A DNA stretch of 62,970 bases, filler included, from Choristocarpus tenellus KU-1152 (GCA_964200185.2; 13 parts of 13 records of this genome joined end to end with filler, not necessarily neighbours in it), one strand, 5' to 3'. Shown: positions 39,742-55,212, numbered from the whole stretch's first letter. Numbers and translations are program-made. Notes: a model not told the origin generated them from the sequence alone.

Positions 39742-42312
39742 CTGACGAAAAACGGCAACAAGTCATTCATTTGGTAAGGCACATATTGTATGAAATGGTA
39801 GTGTAGTGGGAGGGAGGTATAGACTGAGGGGGCACCATACCAAAAAATGTATGTGGGACTAATGATGCTTAAGAATATGTAAGGTAGTTGTAGCTATCGC
39901 TAGATTGAAAGTAATATAAATATCTGTAACAATCATTATACCTCACTCCCGCCCTTCTGCCCTTAGGAGTGTATTTTCATACCACCCCTCCTCCCTTCTA
40001 CTACTGCTCATAGACAACTGAAGAGATCGGGAAAATGCAAGAAGAATGTATCATATTTTGTATTTTCTTGAAAATAGCTTCATGTGCAAATGTTTGAGGA
40101 GATTTACAGCCGCCATCGTGCGGTTCTGGGCACAACAATGACGCTACCTACCCAGCTAGGGAGGTTGGGAGGGAGGAAGGTAAGGAAGGAAATCGATTTC
40201 GCTTGGGGGTCCCTAGCACCACGTGTCCAAGAAGTAAGAGTACGAAAAAAACGAAAACGGCGCTTCATCTCACTCCTAATTGGCAGGTCGTTCATGGTGA
40301 CTTCAGAAGTTTCACTTCACACCAAAGTATTGAAACTTAAGTGACAATAAAACTATAAAATAGTTTCCAAGGTTGAGCTGTGGGAAACATGGCGTATGAA
40401 GTATAATTGACAAAACATATTCTAGCCGCTGTGTTGCATCAAGTCATCAGGATACACAAAATTCTCCCCCTATCACATTTCCTAAGACCTCAATCTTATT
40501 GCTGACGAAGAAAGATATATCCCTGCTTTTGGCTTCAACTCTAATCTCGGCATATTGCACATTAGAATGTACTGTAAGGGATCCAGAAATCTGGGAACCA
40601 GCCTACTGCACATCTAATCGATGACATGTACATTGTACAGGGTGTGAGAGGTTTTCGAAACAACACACATTATTGTCCTTCCTCCAAGCTCAGAACAGGC
40701 AAGTGCGCATTTCTATCTCACTATCTTTAACCAGAGCACACGCTATACCGCCCAGGAGTGCTTATCATAGAGCATGAACCTTCAAAAAGCACAAGACAAT
40801 TTCTCGTGTATATTGAGCCTAAACTCCAGTAACAAGTATCTCAGACCCTGTGCACCGTCAAAGATGCTGGGCGGTTCAGAACTATTCCAAATCAGAGAAG
40901 TCAATGTTCTGGCAGGGCCAGCCTGTATAGAAGTGTGATCACGCAGCGGGTTTACTCTCCAAGAATTGACTGAATGAAAAAGAAACGAAAACAAGAATAG
41001 CACAGTAGGAGCAACAGCTTAAAATTTCCTATGGGTGGTACAAAGATATTTCCTTCTTTACAAAAATACCAACCTCCCCTTGACGTCCGATCGGAGCGAC
41101 TCTACGATGGATTGAGAAGCACAATGAAAAAAATCCCCTAAAGGGTTCAGGGTATCAGATTTTTCCTGTGTTTTCCGATTGGTCAAGAGACCTGTACGCA
41201 ATGCTGATTGGTTCATTGTATTATCCAGTTCACAAATGTAAGAACAGGGTATCAAATCCCTGTTTTGCCATTGGTGAGAAACGTTACATTTTGAGCTTCC
41301 TTTCAAGTATTTCACACACCTATATATCTAGGGTGGAAAAAATGCGCTTACACAGTGCTGAGATTTGAGAACCAAGGGATCATCTCACTTCAGAAAGAGC
41401 TGGCGCAAGATTGTGAAGGGCGAGCCTCCATTTCTCCGAATCTTCTTTGCCAAAACCTAATTCACACGTTTAGGTTTTGGGCATCGAGTTGAACATGAGG
41501 TGGAAGAATACAAGAGGTAAATGGTCCTGTTGATTTGAAAATAGTGCTCAAGCTTATGCCTCCGTATGAAGAACAAGGGCAAAGGTCTATTGACAAAGGA
41601 TAGGCATCGCGAGAACTGGAGGGGTACCAAAATGGTGAAGAGAGTGGGATTAGATCAAATGTCTACAGGAGGAAAGAGTATGATGTATTGCTGAGGAGAA
41701 GGTGCTGGTGTCAATTAATGCACTGTAGATGGTGGTGGGTATTCCACAGCAGGGGGTAAGTGACAGAGGTTTCAGTTCAAGTAATTGGGGCTCAAAGTAT
41801 CTGGGAGGGGNNNNNNNNNNNNNNNNNNNNNNNNNNNNNNNNNNNNNNNNNNNNTTAATTAATTAANNNNNNNNNNNNNNNNNNNNNNNNNNNNNNNNNN
41901 NNNNNNNNNNCCGCCCCCTCCCTCCTACCCGCCCGCCGTCCCGATTATCTTCTTACAACTATTCGTCAGCCCCTTCATCCTTCTCTGTATCATACCCTAA
42001 CCCATCTTCTCCTTCCTTCTCGTCCTGCTCTTCCATCATGGCAAAATCACTACCTCCACTCCATACGTTGCGACCAGTACCCTTTTCACCCGTGCCGGAA
42101 GAGGGATACTTGCGCTTTCTAGTGGTCATTGGCGTCAATTCTGAGTCAGAATCCACCATTATTTTGATATTTTTTTCCATCCCAATCTCTCACACTCGCA
42201 AAAATCGTAGTGTTTTAGAGTACGTACAATTTTACATTCCCCCACCTCAGTTTCTTACATCCACTCTAATACATGTTTTGAATAGGGTTCAGTAATCTAA
42301 CCCAAAAAATAT

Positions 42313-42394
42313 CGACGCCGGCAGGACTCGAACCTGCGCGCGGAAGCCGCAATCGATTTCTAGTCGATCCCCTTAACCACTCGGGCACGGCGTC
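42313..42394 (-). tRNA. tRNA-Ser: tRNA-Ser(AGA), 82 nt, intronless
   Basis: GACGCCGTGCCCGAGTGGTTAAGGGGATCGACT-AGA-AATCGATTGCGGCTTCCGCGCGCAGGTTCGAGTCCTGCCGGCGTCG: cloverleaf, long variable arm, G discriminator, downstream T-run (Pol III terminator). Confidence 0.96.
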
Positions 42395-43133
42395 TAAGCA
42401 TATATGTGAACGTTGGTAATAATATTTAAACATAACTGTACATTTTTTATACAACATATCGCTACTACTACTACTTCGAGATACACATTTTAATAGTACA
42501 GAAATTCGCGTCACTTTGATTAGCATTTGACAAGGACTATTTATAGCAAATGGGGCAAGACGAAATATGTCATTCCTATTCCCTATTTCCTATCACGATT
42601 TTGTGGGTGAAACTAGGAAATGAAAACTATACAATGGTAACATCTACTCGAGTATCCTAGAGTATAATAAACGATCCAAATCAACAATGGGCAAAAAGAT
42701 GTAGCTAAATCGTTGCAACTATGGTGTATATAAAAAACACTTGGTCGTTATTTGTAGCATGCCCCATCAGTGAAGCATGGGTATAGCCGTACCCAATCAG
42801 TAGGTGATGGGTTTCAGAACAGACACACAATGGATATTTGAAATCTAACTTTGAACTGGAAAAGTCCTTCAATAGTTGTCACTTATTGAAATTTCGTTCC
42901 CATTTCCCCTTGACTCAACATCTTTATTTTCTCGATACTACCTTTTGGGGGAAATATAGATGCTTATACTGTCAGAAATAGCACTGTGAAAATTACCATG
43001 CATCTTGACCACTTCCAATGTCACCAATGCTGACATTGTGTTTAAGTTGGTATTGTGCTCATAGTTCTGAAAAGAGGATAATCTTTCTATGACAGTACCC
43101 TGTTCTTACTTCAAAATAAATTTGTTTGTGTTT

Positions 43134-43392
43134 GAGTCAAAGTATCTTAGAGGGTAGAGCCCCGTCCGTTTGGGTGCCAAAATCCGATGTTGCGATTTTG
43201 ATGTAATTTTTTCTATCGTGTTTGTTAGGAAGTGTCAATATCCTTGTTCCAGACACACCTTTTCATAAACTATACATTATACCTACTCTGAAACATTTCG
43301 GAGTAGTTAACATGTCGTCAATAAACCGTGGGAAGTCAAGCCCCAAATGGACAAACAAGGCAAAACTCACACCCTCTAAGATACTTTCACTC
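43134..43392 (+). mobile_element. MITE family A copy
   Basis: TIRs; TTT on both flanks. Confidence 0.9.
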
Positions 43393-44836
43393 TTTATGCT
43401 ATAGTACACTATTTTATGTGTTAATTTGGCATTTTTATGAACAAGTCTTCGTGTAGGAGCACCAAAACTCCTTGGATTCTTCCGCTCTCTGCAATCCAGG
43501 GCAGGGTGCCTTCGCTCTGACAACATTGAGGAACTTGTCCAAAATGTGGTGAAGAGATACGAAGAGTATGATACTGAGACCCATATAACAAGGTCTGACA
43601 GAGTTTCTTTGCACAGTACATGACAGTGTTGAACCACTTAGATGATAACAACATAAAGGGAGTGCGCAAGACGCAGGAGGATAGGCAAATAGTAGTGCAT
43701 AGAGATGCGTCTTTGGTGGCCAAGTGAGCGGTGTTCCTGCAGGATAAGTGGAAGACCATAGAGCGTAGGATGTACTGATTCGTTTTCCACCAAATTTTAG
43801 TCAGAGCTTGATGACAATATATACAAACATATCCTACCTTCCCAGACCTTCATTGTTCCAGGGTATGGCATACCACCCTTCCAGACTCATTGGTGTTTAA
43901 TCAAGCCAAACAGAGGGAGTATTTTCCTATTCATAGAATAACGCCTCCCATTGGCAATATGTTTTGAGTACAATTTTAGGAAGTTGTCTCTTGAAGGTTA
44001 AGTCAAAAGCAGAGTGATTACCGTGAGATGTGAGTGTCACATTAGCATATCTGTCATCAGGGCTAACATGGCGGCAGTGAGTTATTTCCTCCAGGTTCCC
44101 TCCATTTATGCTGAATCCCCAAAACTGCCCATTGATACCTTAGGACCTGGAAATGACATTCTTTTCGTATCTGCTGCATTCGAAATGATAGGATAAGGAG
44201 GGATATTTCTTTCCTTGTCCAATCGACTTTTCTTTGTGTTTAGTCAGCTATTCTTCACTCTGCAGACTGGAATATATTTTATAGGTGACAGGTATATTTG
44301 CCGATTTCACAAATGCCACTTGAACTTGAAGTATTAGATTTTGTATACTGGGCTTGTAACCTTTTTATTTATTATTTGGTTCTCGTAAGCCCATCCACCC
44401 CCCATGTTTCTTTCTGCTGTTCATATTATCTTATCAATAAAACAATAATAAAAGAGATCCAGCTTTATACGCATCTCAGGTCTTCGTGGCTTGCCTTCAG
44501 TTTGTCCTATGGAGCATTGAGGCTACAACCCCTCGTCCATACGTGTTTGTTTCAAGGTATCCTCACACTAGTAGTATTAGTGACAGGGTCATCACTCTAC
44601 CCATCCAACCAAAAGACAGTGTACTCTATAGTAGTAGTGGCTTGCACTGGACAACTGCCGTATTGGGGAATCACTACTGTCGTATTTTTTCCACTCCTAC
44701 AAACGATGGTTTGGGTTATTTTCACAGACAGTATTAGGTCAGGGTTGGGGTCAGGGTTGTGGCTAGTTGTTCAATAATATATCTGAAAAATTGAAAAAGA
44801 GATTACAGTTTTGGATCCTTAAGAGGTGTTGGTTCA

Positions 44837-45137
44837 GTTCAAAGTATCTGGGGAGGGGATCGGCTGTCCATTTGGGGTCAATTTTCTCATGTCACGATTT
44901 TTGGGTGATTTGGTTTCATACGTTGAATGGATAATGTAAGCGCACTTTTCCTGGTTTTAATGCCCAAAGTATCTGGGGGGGGTGGCGGCTGTTCAGTTGG
45001 GGCCAATTTCTTCATGTTGCGATTTTTGTGTGATTTAATTGCATACATCGGATGGATAATGTAAATGCACTTTTCCTGATTTGGGGCCAAATGGACACCC
45101 TGGTGTAGACCGCCCCCCCCTCCCAGATACTTTGGGT
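44837..45137 (+). mobile_element. MITE family B: truncated copy followed directly by a full ~175-bp copy
   Basis: CAAAGTATCTGGGG starts at ~44840 and ~44965; closing CCCAGATACTTTGGGTC; internal sequence matches 46071-46250. Confidence 0.82.
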
Positions 45138-45257
45138 CTTCCTCAGTGGATGCACTACAGCGAGAAATTTCTCACACAAATTTTCCTTGGCAAGTTAGAT
45201 ATATTTTTTATACACAAGCATTGTTGTCGTTGAGGTCAGTTGGTGGTTCCAAATACT

Positions 45258-45527
45258 GAGTGAAAGTATCTTAGAGGGTACGAGTTTTGTCCTGTTTGTC
45301 CGTTTGCGGCTTGACTTCCCACGTTTTTTTTAGGACATTTTACCTACTCCAAAATGTTTCGGAGTAGGTGAAATGTGTACGTTTTTGGACTAGGTAACAT
45401 GTATATGTCTGGAATAAGGAAATTGACACTTCCTAACAAACATGATAGACAAAATTACATCAAAATCGCAACATCATATTTTGGCTCCCAAACAGACGGG
45501 GCTCTACCCTCTAAGATGCTTTGACTC
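45258..45527 (-). mobile_element. MITE family A copy
   Basis: TIRs; ACT on both flanks. Confidence 0.88.
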
Positions 45528-46070
45528 ACTTCATATTTTAACCTTTGCATTCACAAGTTTGTATCTTAATGGTGTTACCAATATGAATCGTGTGGTCCAG
45601 TGGCGGTCCAGTTTGATCAGGGTTGGATAGTGAAGGAACACCTTGAAGTTTAAAAAGAGAGATGCTCAAATCAAAAGACGAGACTGAAATGAGAGTCGTC
45701 ATCAGGCAAGGCTTGGACCAGCCATAGGCAGGACCAGGTCCAGGAGAAGAGATGAGTGGCGACGTCAGGTGGAAAAGGCGGGAAAATGTGGACAAGGAAC
45801 AAGGTCCTCTGAACTGAAGCGGAGGTACAGAGAACTACGTTGGAGGTTTTGAACCCTCCCGCAAGTACCAGTGGCAAGGATTACCTACAAGGTATCACGA
45901 GCACAAGTGAAGAAGGTTTGGTACAGTATACGACTGGTCCAAAAACATAGGATGTTAGTGACCGATATGCAAGATGACGATCCTGCTTTCCACACATAGT
46001 ATTTCCAGGGATCTACACCTGGCCGAGTAAGTGTGACAGGGTCGGATCTTGAGTCGGACTGGTAAGAAAG

Positions 46071-46250
46071 GTTCAAAGTATCTGGGGGAGGGGGTCGGCG
46101 GTCCTTTTGGGGTCAATTTTTTTATGTCGCAATTTTTGGGTGATTTGGTTTCATACGTCGAATGGATAATGTAAGTGCACTTTTCCTGGTTTTGACCCAA
46201 ATGGACACCCTATTGTAGACCGCCCCCTGCCCCCCCAGATACTTTTGGTC
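46071..46250 (+). mobile_element. MITE family B copy (~180 bp)
   Basis: TIR GTTCAAAGTATCTGGGGG / CCCCCAGATACTTTTGGTC; AAAG on both flanks. Other termini of this family at ~41788, 47737, 47880-47900, 52004. Confidence 0.85.
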
Positions 46251-46479
46251 AAAGTTTTCTAACAAGGCCAGACCATGATCTTGAACCGTGAGGGCTGGGC
46301 TAGGAGGCGGTTCGTTGAAGATGTAGAATACATAACAATGATAGCCCAGGATTTTCAACATCTTTAATTGAGGTGCTTTGTAAGAGCTCTTTATTGTATA
46401 TTGTATACTATAACTATATTTTGTATTTCCTACAATTGATGTGAAGTTGGAGTATTAAATACTGGTGCTAATTCTACCT

Positions 46480-46736
46480 GAGCCAAAGTATCTTAGAGGG
46501 TGGAGCCGCGTCCATTTGGGGGGTAAATCCAATTTTGCGATTTTGAGGTAATTTTGGTTATTGTGTTTGTTAGGAAGTGTCAATATCCTTGTTCCAGACA
46601 CACCTTTTCATAATGTAAACATTTTACCTACTCTGAAACATTTCGGAGTAGGAAATATCATTAAAAAACTCATGGGAAGCCAAGCCCCAAATGGACAAAT
46701 AGGGCAAAATTCGTACCCTCTGAGATACTTTCACTC
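46480..46736 (+). mobile_element. MITE family A copy
   Basis: TIRs; ACCT on both flanks. Confidence 0.9.
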
Positions 46737-46899
46737 ACCTCCACGTGTAAAGTCTACATACTGTATGTTACAATGGCAGTAGTAGTAAACAACAGAGGCA
46801 GTAATGATGGGACTGTCCCAAGGAATTCATTATTAGGCGGAGCTGGGCACGGGTAAAATGTAGTTTAGTCGAGCTGGACCATGGCATGAAAAAACTTAA

Positions 46900-47064
46900 T
46901 AGGATCGGGTCAGGGCCGACAGAACCGTTCAGGGTTGTCCCGGTTTAACGCAGGCATAGACTTTTTTCTTTTTACTCCATCCAGGATCGGGCCAGGGCCT
47001 ACAGAACCGTTCAGGGTTGTCCTGGTTCAACGGAAGTGTAAAGTTTTCTCTTTGTACTCCATCC
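46900..47064. repeat. Two-copy ~82-bp direct repeat
   Basis: AGGATCGGG(T/C)CAGGGCC.ACAGAACCGTTCAGGGTTGTCC.GGTT.AACG...TACTCCATCC occurs twice. Confidence 0.85.
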
Positions 47065-47189
47065 CTTGGTCATGATCCCAAACCTTCTCAAGGTCATCTT
47101 GCAACATCCACCAGTACTTTTCTTTCCACCATAATTTTGCTTTCTATCTGGAAGATCCCCAAAAGGAACATCATCCACACATAGATGCT

Positions 47190-47736
47190 CATGCCCTCTG
47201 GTGCAAGCTTAGGGTTAGGGTTAGGGTTAGTGAACAAGAGACTCCATATTTTCTCAGTGCTAGTCTTGATACTGTCGCAAATCCAGTCTTCACAAGGGTA
47301 TCTTTTTGTAGGACTATGTCATTGGTGCGTTCCAGTTTGTAAAATCTGATGTCACACAGGAGGAATCTGTGATAGTGACAGCATAGCTTGGGATAGTGGA
47401 CGTAGCAGAGAGTCCATGTCACACAACCATAGAACAGAATCTCATGTACTCCAGCTATTAACATATTAAACTCAAGTGATGCACCCGCGGTTGTGTCATT
47501 AGGCACTTGCCTGTACATGCGGAAACAGTCCCAGACTTTTTGAACCTGTACACGGACCCTGGTGGTGATACCCAGCACCACTGATGGTGCCTCCAAGGGA
47601 AACAAAAACATTTCAGTCTGCTTCTAGCTCTGGCCCTAGCCCTGATCTGCATTATGTATGCAGCCTTGCTCGGAGGTTGAAGAGAACATGGTCTTCATCT
47701 CCAACACAGACAAGACCGAGGTGAAAGTCCTGTCCA
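47190..47736 (-). mobile_element. Decayed RTE-type LINE, C-terminal reverse-transcriptase region
   Basis: EILFYGCVTWTLCYVHYPKLCCHYHRFLLCDIRFYKLERTNDIVLQKDTLVKTG resembles the LLYGCVTW...HHRFL..CIG...DTL.KTG tail of RTE-like LINEs known from brown algae. Confidence 0.75.
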
Positions 47737-47901
47737 GGGTCAAAGTATCTGGGGGGGGNNNNNNNNNNNNNNNNNNNNNNNNNNNNNNNNNNNNNNNNNN
47801 NNTTAATTAATTAANNNNNNNNNNNNNNNNNNNNNNNNNNNNNNNNNNNNNNNNNNNNGTGAAAAACGGACGCCGACACCCCCCCACAGATACTTTGACC
47901 C

Positions 47902-48790
47902 AAAAGACTCCACCCCCTCTAAGCTTATAAACACTAATACAGACACAAAACCATAGTAGCACTGAACTTGGGTGCTATCATAGACTCTCCCCCTTCAGAA
48001 CTAAGACACAGCAACTACAGGACACCAAGACGATGTCTCACGGTCACAAAAGAGATTGGGTGCTGCCATGGAAAGGTTTGCCCTCCCTAGGAACTATGAA
48101 AATATTAAAAAATACAAACGCCTTACAATGAAATAAAAATAGGGAGTGTCTCAGCAAGTCTCTCCCTCTTCACAACTATCAACACAAATGAATACAGGCA
48201 CAAAATTACTATAGCACTGAAATAGGGTACTGGCATAGACTCTCCCCCTTCACAACTATAAACACAAACTACAGGACACCAAGATAATGTCTCATAGTCA
48301 CAAACAAATATAAGGTGCTGCCATAGAAAGGCTTGCCCTCTTATACAAACTAAGCATATATAAACAAAAAAGACTACCTCAAAATAACATATAAAAATAG
48401 GGAGTGTCAAAGCAAGACTCTCCCCCTCACAAATATCAACACAAGTGAATATGGATGCAAAATCACAATAGCACTGAAATAGGGTACTGCCATAGACGCC
48501 TCCCTCTCAGAACTATAAGCACAAACTATAGGACACCAACACAACATGCCTCACAGTTAGATAGGTAGGGTGCTGCCATGGAAAGGCTTACCCTCCCTAG
48601 GAACTATGAACTTACTTGCAGGTAAAGACTAATGACTCACAGTATCAAAATAGGGAGTGTCATAACAAGACTCTCTTGCTTCACAGCTATCAGCACAAAC
48701 AATACAGGAAAATAATAATGTCTCAAATACAAACAAAAATGTCTAAAAAAGCACATAAAATAGGGAATGTCATAACAAGACTGCTCACAC
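47902..48790. repeat. Tandem repeat, ~85-bp monomers organised as a ~256-bp trimer
   Basis: Monomer variants recur at ~47982/48237/48494, 48066/48322/48577 and 48158/48415/48669. Confidence 0.82.
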
Positions 48791-49530
48791 TGGTTGGAAT
48801 GCGAAAAGGCAGACATGCTATTCGCCTGTAACATGCCCCCAGCGTGAATTAGGAATACATGTTTCACGCTTACCACAGGCGAAACATTAGGGGTCCCCTT
48901 CGGTCTGAAGAACCTGTCGACCTCTTCCCATCTGTTTCACAGTGCAACGATAACAATAACAATAGTAGTAGCAGCAGTACCACAATAATAATAGTGATAG
49001 TAGAAACAATAAGTATAGTAGTAACATAAACACTACCAGTAATAATAATAGGGATAATCGAAATAATACATGCCACCCAAAAACAATAGCTATAGAGAGA
49101 ACAATGGCTGTAATTAGATTTAAAATACTATTAATTCATAAAAAAAATATTTATACTATGGTGAACTTCTATATTATTTATCGAAATTAATCAAGAAATT
49201 TGAATAGATAACATTAACTACGAGTAAGAAAGATTTGCATTTCTTGCTTAATTTTAGTATAATCCGCAGGCTTATCTATATTATTTTTAGTCATGGACTC
49301 GGATAAAAAACCCATAGTAGTAATAGTAAGCGTAAAAGCAATAGTAACATCAATAGAATAAGAATAATAGTAATAGAAAATGTCAGAGGGCATAATAATA
49401 AAAATAATAATAGAAATAATATTATCATTAATATTATTGTTATTATTATTACAAAGATAGTAATTCTTATAAAGAATGACATTGACACTCCAATCCAGTC
49501 AATTATGACGAGAACATTGTTAGGGAAGGA

Positions 49531-50572
49531 ATGGGATCTCTTCGAATTTGTGTAACCAAGACTCCCCTTGATTCGGGCATGGATATTCGGTACCTCACAA
49601 ATACAGCACGAAAACTGGGCAGGTGGTCGAGTTCACCGTACCAGAAACACTGGAAGGCTCTACATCACGTACTGCAAAATTTAGCTGGCATGCTACACTT
49701 TGGGATATACAATGTTACAGACGAATAGCGCGAGTATTTCTTCTCGCGTTCTAACAAGCGTGAGCAGTATACACGTGTGGGGAACCTTAATAAGAGGAAC
49801 TCCGATTTGCTGAAGGTTGCAGAGTAAGATCTGTAACTTGGGAGTGTTGCAATGGTTTTCAGATGTATTGCAACTTCTGTTTACCAAAACAAAATAAAAC
49901 GCAAATGACCATAAAAGAAATAAAGAGCGCTGCTTTAGAAACTTCAGAAACAGCCTCCAGACACTTCTTTTGTTTGATGCCATTTACACACTGACGTTGA
50001 AAGAAAGAAGTACCCCTGTCCTGCTAACCTGACGTGCGTTGGAATACCTGGACTGCTGAAGTATCCTGAGGGGCTTGCACGAGCATCAGCATCTTCTACG
50101 GGCTTGTAGATTGAAGCAATACATCCTGTGGAGGTAAGCTTCTGGAGCGTGCTGTAACAACTACACACCACAGTGAGGTACCTCACGGGGAGGAAGCTAG
50201 TAGGTTAATCAGATACCAGCTGGGAAAATGATACTGAGACCAAGATAAGTGTATCATGGTACATCTTACTATGCAATGGTTCTCCTATCACCTGGTGCTA
50301 CAAGATTCAAGATCAGTCACATGGTTTAGCTATGAAACTGAGTGGACGGCAATGGCCCTTGGGATGCGACAATTCACTGTGTTTTTTTGCTTGGACTTGT
50401 GGGGGAGATAGGTCAAGAGTAGGGCACAACCACCTAGTTTGAGGAGAACCGTCGTGCAATTCAGATGTCAAGGCCAAGTGTACCAGCGAGTATATCCAGT
50501 AGGGGTGGCTTAAGGTGACCTACGTTGGCACAGTCAAGCTCTGGCTGTTGCATTCACCAAGAGATTGCAAGG
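49531..50572 (+). mobile_element. Decayed Ty1/Copia retrotransposon: RT C-terminus and RNase H, interrupted by ~300 bp of unrelated DNA
   Basis: GSL...DIRYLTNTARKLGRWSSSPYQKHWKALHHVLQNLAG...GI; then NGSPITWCYKIQ, SYETEWTAM, FEENRRAIQM, LKVTYVGT, AFTKRL in broken frames. Confidence 0.78.
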
Positions 50573-51156
50573 TCCGCAGACAAGGGAGCTCCCGCTGATA
50601 GTGTAAGTGTAGCAGGAGGTGAGCTCGTACAGATGTTAGTGTGCACACTCATAGGGGAATGTGCATTATGAAGGCATTCTGGGATTATAGGGACAGCAGT
50701 GCTACAATAATAGTGCACTGAGCAATATCTTGAGTTCAAAGGATGGGATTTATAAGGTGTGAGGTATTATTAGTACCATAGGACAAAGGTTCCTTGTGTA
50801 TTCTATGGAAGACACCAGTGGATATTATGTTGTTAGTTACGTAACGGCTATATCTCGATACTATTTTGGAAATTGCAATACATTGGAGGAAACATCCACT
50901 TGTCAGGTTGATATCTTTCCTGGGACTCGCTAAATAATACAAGGTGAATACATTTCTGTGTGCAAGTCCGTTCTCCTGTACGGCACTTCCCTGAGCATGA
51001 TTCACTGCAAGGGTCTCTTCGCATAGCAATGGTATGAAGAAAATTAAGAGACAAAATAGTGAAGGGAGGGGGTGTAGGTTGTCTTATTGAGAGTGACCGG
51101 AGTCCATCACCACAAAGCGAGACAGAAAAGTTTACCCAATCCAAAGTACCAAACGT

Positions 51157-51349
51157 CTACTTGTGCCCAGACTTGGTGCATTGGAGATGATTCTTCAGGT
51201 TTGTCATCGACTTGGAGTTCCCCATCTGGATCTCAGCACTAGAACAGTAACCATTCTTGACGCAGGTGCCACATATAGCCGTGTTGGGAAATCTTAACCT
51301 CTTGTAATTTGTGAAGAAACGCCACACTAGAGACTTTGACTCGATGGGG
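51157..51349 (-). mobile_element. BED zinc-finger relic, probably from a hAT transposase
   Basis: KSLVWRFFTNYKRLRFPNTAICGTCVKNGYCSSAEIQMGNSKSMTNLKNHLQ fits S.VW.FF / CxxC / TNL..HL; followed by a stop codon. Confidence 0.68.
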
Positions 51350-53274
51350 TGTCATATTTTGCTAGGTCTGTAGACATTCCATCTTTTTCTGCCTTTCTGT
51401 GACATCTGGGTCAGACATAGTTGGGCATCGTTTCTACCTCATTTCCATACTCGACTTGGTCTTCATCATCAATATTCGCAAGCGGGAGGGCATGCCCAGC
51501 AGCTGGATTATCAAACTCTTCGGACTCAAAGTCTTCACGGGTCTCTGGTAGATCCAAAGCCGTGAGTGTGTACTGAGTTGTGCGTAGTGAGTCCTTGTGG
51601 CGAATGCACTAGGTTGTGTGGTTCTCTGACACCTTCTATCAAACTTCTGCTGATACTGTGGTGAAAAAGAACACCAAATCACCAAAACTTCGCTTTCGCT
51701 CTTGGTTATTTTAAGATAATCGAATTGATGCCGATTTAACTGTCCCTGTTCACAACACTAGGGATTCCCTAAAGGTGGGTATACTATTCAGATTAGTGGT
51801 GTACGGATCTGTTGTAACACCCTTGATTGTCTTTGAACTACCCTATATTCCTGTGTCGCTGCATATGAGTAATTGTTGATATTGTTTAAGATTTGGAAAG
51901 GTTGATTCTTCAACGGTGACGTTAGGAACCATGACAAGAAACACAGTGCAATAACACATACATGAATTGTCTCATCCTCGCGCTGCCAACCAGTGATTTA
52001 TATGGCTCAAAGTATCTGGGAGGGGGTGGCGGCTGTCCATTTGGGGTCAATTTTTTCATGTCGCGATTTNNNNNNNNNNNNNNNNNNNNNNNNNNNNNNN
52101 NNNNNNNNNNNNNTTAATTAATTAANNNNNNNNNNNNNNNNNNNNNNNNNNNNNNNNNNNNNNNNNNNNTGTATTTTCAATTTGATACAAGCGGGATGGG
52201 TGGAGGGGGGTTTTTGTGAGGGGGGGGGGGGAGACAAAGTACACCATTTTTTTTTTTTGGGGGGGTATATTTCTTGGAGCACGAACAAGGGTATATATAT
52301 ATACTTGATACACACACACCATCCGTGTTTTCAAAAATATATCCTAGGGGAGTATACACTATGATATGTGTGTAATAAATGTTTTTAATAATACGATGAG
52401 CTTCCGGTGGACGCCATCTGTCATCAAAAACCCAGCAAACAAAACGTACACTACATATGGATTGTCTGTTTTAGGGCACAAAACTTACCAAAGGTAACTC
52501 CTAGCGTACTTCAAGCCCCCACTCTTTAATACTCGAATAAAAAAGAAATGAACACTAAATTAAAATTTGTATTCCATTTCATCCCACGATTCGACAAGTA
52601 TAGGTCCAAAGCGTGACATTCACATACACTACTTGACAAAAAAAAGAAGTTAATTCAAGGTAAGCACAAAACATAAACACGATCGCACAAGCTACAACGA
52701 GTCAAAATAAATCAAACTCGCTGCACCGACCACCTCAAATTTGGAACGAATTTTACCAGCAGTAACAGCAACGTAACTGTCACCAAACCTGCACAAAAAA
52801 GTTCGCCGTACAACAGTCCCCACGAGCCATGATGCGGCTACAACACTGCTTTCTTGTCGGAAACACCGTCCTCTACACAAACATCACACCAACCCTTCAA
52901 TCACATACACATATCAAAAACCAGCACAAATACCTTCACACACTCTGACTGTTACCGCATACTTCAACCCTAACCCTTGTGAAACTGACACTAACCACAA
53001 GACTACTTGTGTCTGTTGAATCAAATATACTCCCGGAGTACTTGATCAAAACACTCTACTGCAATCGAGAGTAGGCCTCTTAATGCTCACCCCCTCCGCT
53101 TCTGCAGCGCACGCTTAACCCTTCCTATCATTCCAAAGGCCGATGTCTCACAGAACTATTGCCAGTCGTACACACACAGACATGCTTCCTCCCTCTACAT
53201 GCATAACTATATACTAGAATATATATATATATATATATATACATACACCTTAAAATGACTTGGATAATTTTTTA

Positions 53275-55212
<1,938 letters not shown>

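Noticed and set aside
41959-42180. 73-aa acidic ORF downstream of the tRNA
   Set aside because: No recognisable domain and at a contig edge; coding status cannot be supported.
45530-46400. Possible Gypsy integrase or chromodomain remnant (VDPWKYYVW)
   Set aside because: No additional retroelement motifs found in any frame; left unassigned.
48870-49488. Hydrophobic ORFs resembling membrane proteins
   Set aside because: Translations of AAT/AGT low-complexity repeats.
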